Source: Phyllobates terribilis (lineage: Eukaryota). Taken from it: a stretch of 64,000 bases of DNA. A program made the position numbers and the translations under genes. This document shows positions 61,801-64,000 of this stretch, piece by piece. The number at the start of each line of letters is the position of its first letter. Position 1 is the stretch's first letter. The DNA lies in the NCBI RefSeq assembly GCF_046119375.1, contig NW_027362772.1:234546001-234610000 (forward strand), given 5' to 3'. Under the pieces are notes generated by a model that was not told the DNA's origin, made no database searches, and saw only the letters and a list, made by a program, of their open reading frames with translations.

Positions 61801-63600
61801 ACACTGCAGATGTTGGGAAGGATTTGTGAGCAGAAGAGGGCAGTTGTTGAGTACCAGCATCAACAAGGCCATCGGTATTCAGTTCAGGCTCCACAAATAA
61901 GACCACAGGAGTGGACATGGATGTCAGACATATGTACCAGCCTCCAAAATTTTGAGGACTCCACCAAGATGGTGAGCGGAGATGACGCCATAATTAGCGT
62001 CACCATCCCGCTTCTCTGTCTTCAGAAACGCTCTCTGCTCACAATCAAAGAGGATGCATTGCAGGCAGAGCACGATAAGATGGAGCAAGGAACCATACAG
62101 GGTGATTACACACAGCCAAGCCTCATCTCATCCCAAAGTGGATTGGGTGACAATGAGGAAGAGGAGGAGGAGGAAGAAGGACAGGAGCTAGTTTCATGCA
62201 TTATAGACGGTACTACTTGCACAGCTGTCATACCGTCTGTTCAGCGTGGATGGCCAGAGGACAGAGAGGAGGAGGAGGAGCAGAGCATGGTCAGTCATCC
62301 TCTTGGTGAGGACACGGAAGTCTTGCCTGTTAGTAGTCTGGCACGCATGGCTGAGTTTATGCTACGCTGCCTTTCCCATGACCCTCGTGTTCTCAAAATT
62401 TTGGGTGACAGTCATTACTGGTTGGTGACACTTCTAGACCAACGCTACAAGGAGAACTTTATATCTCTTATTCCGGAGGCGGACAGGTGTACAAAAATGG
62501 GGCTGTACCAGAAGGCCCTTGTTGCGGAACTATTAAAAAAATTCCCATCTGAAAACGCTGGCGGCAGAGGGCACACTTCGTTGGACAACCAAGGAGAACA
62601 GGCGAGAGTGACACAACTTCAATCCAGCAGAGGCAGGGGAACACTGTCAAAGTTCTGGGAGAGTTTCTCAGACCCTCCCATCGCACAGGCCCTGAGGCGC
62701 GAGGTACTCTCAAAAGGAGTGCAAAGTTTGGGAAGATGCTGAGGGATTACATTGCTGACCGTACCAACGTCCTCCATGATTCCGCTGTGCCTTATAATTA
62801 TTGGGTATCCAAGCTGGATACGTGGAATGAACTGGCTCTCTATGCCTTGAAGGTCCTGGCCTGCCCTGCCGCCTGCGTTTTTCTGAGCGGGTTTTTAGTG
62901 CCGCTGGTGGAATTATAACTAATAAGCGCATCCGCCTGTCAACAGAAAATGCTGACAGGCTGAGTCTTATAAAAATTAACAAGGGCTGGATTGGGCCAGA
63001 CTTCTCAACACCACCGAATGATAGCAGCGTAACATAAACTCAAATCCAGTGTCTTTTCTTGGGAGGTGTATTCCCATGTACCTTTTCACACCCACACATG
63101 GGTATACGCTTCCTGATTTTGGCTATTTGCTCTTCTCCTCCTCCTTCTCCTCATCCTCCACCACCATATCACCAGGGTGACCGTGGTCCGTTATGCAACA
63201 CCCACATAATTTTTTTAAAGTGTGTTTATGATGCCCTTAAAAAAAAATTTTTATACAGTATGTTTATGTATACCCCCCAGGGGTAAATGTTTGTCAGCCC
63301 ATACAGTTAGTGCATGGGCATTACAAGTATAGGAGACCCGCTCCTTTCTAATGGGAACATTTTTTTAAGAGGCCCTTCTCCACGTCTCTTCCAAGGGTCA
63401 TTGAAGTGCCTCCAAATTTTTTGCAGCCTTTGCAATCACTGCATAGGCCAACACTATGGGAGACTCTCTCCTTTCGAATGGGAATTTGTCGTTACTGTGA
63501 CCCTGCTCTGTGTGTCTTTAAATTCTTAGTGGGGTTTTTCCTAAAATTGGTCAGCCGTTGGACTCACTGCATACCCTATAACTGTATAGCAGACCCTCTC
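58802..63600 (+). mobile_element. Large hAT transposon, copy E (3' end not reached in the window)
   Basis: TAGTGATGAGCGAGCAT TIR at 58802; 5' region homologous to copy B; transposase pseudogene. Confidence 0.88.
59741..63037 (+). pseudogene. hAT transposase pseudogene of copy E
   Basis: MGKARGKG start; TTDTW, VCDNG, SCLAH, DVPTRWNST and LACPAA motifs. Stop at 60646 and frameshifts near 59840 and 62690. Confidence 0.92.
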
Positions 63601-63619
63601 CTTTCTCATGGGAAAATGG

Positions 63620-63858
63620 GCATGCTTGCGCTCTGCAGTGTCTCTGAAGGATGACAAGCTGGATGGTAGCGCTCTGCTGCGATCCAGCGCTTCAGAGACA
63701 CTGCAGGTAGCGCTTCAGAGACACTGCAGAGCGCAAGCATGACACTGCATGACACTGCATGAAGCGCTACCTGCAGTGTCTCTGAAGCGCTGGATCGCAG
63801 CAGAGCGCTACCATCCAGCTTGTCATCCTTCAGATACACTGCAGAGCGCAAGCATGCC
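63620..63858. repeat. Hairpin with ~98-bp arms related to the X arms of element C
   Basis: 63620-63717 and 63760-63858 are reverse complements with one mismatch. Confidence 0.85.
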
Positions 63859-64000
63859 TGTGTGTCACCCTGGCCTGGATGCCACAAAATGTAATAAATT
63901 TGTGTCTGAGAGCAAGGGGGAGGTTCTCTAGTCAGGGGAACATTAGCATGCAGTACCTCCTGTCTCAGGCCAGTAGGGGGAGCAGGCTGCCCCTATAAAA

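Overview
Vertebrate nuclear DNA made almost entirely of nested transposable elements and satellites that arose inside them. The TE repertoire suggests an anuran amphibian, but this is an inference. No host gene can be called with confidence. Main content: (1) four large hAT DNA transposons with TAGTG(T/A)TGAGCG-type TIRs and unusually long BED-finger transposases. A (<1-11822, -) and B (18886-27211, +, 8-bp TSD TTGTTGAA) are inverted siblings; D (31375-~44640, -) retains a 1128-aa open frame; E (58802->63600, +). (2) A non-autonomous hAT relative containing a 3.2-kb palindrome of palindromes. (3) Tc1-family elements with DD38E, DD37E and DD35E catalytic spacing, plus fragments. (4) Five 1.0-1.3-kb TG...CA LTR-like elements with 4-bp TSDs (CATG three times), each carrying a tRNA-Ser primer-binding-like site about 155 nt inside the 3' end. 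(5) 133-bp, 110-bp and ~52-bp satellite arrays inside the hAT elements. (6) An L1 RT fragment, a decayed 18S rRNA fragment and several TTAA and TWA MITEs. The most unusual signals are the LTR-internal tRNA-Ser site in two isoacceptor versions, the different satellite expansions in sibling hATs, the antisense transposase relic carried by A and B, and the compound palindrome with a splice-ready cassette on both strands. All alignments were made by eye, and boundaries not fixed by TIRs or TSDs are approximate.
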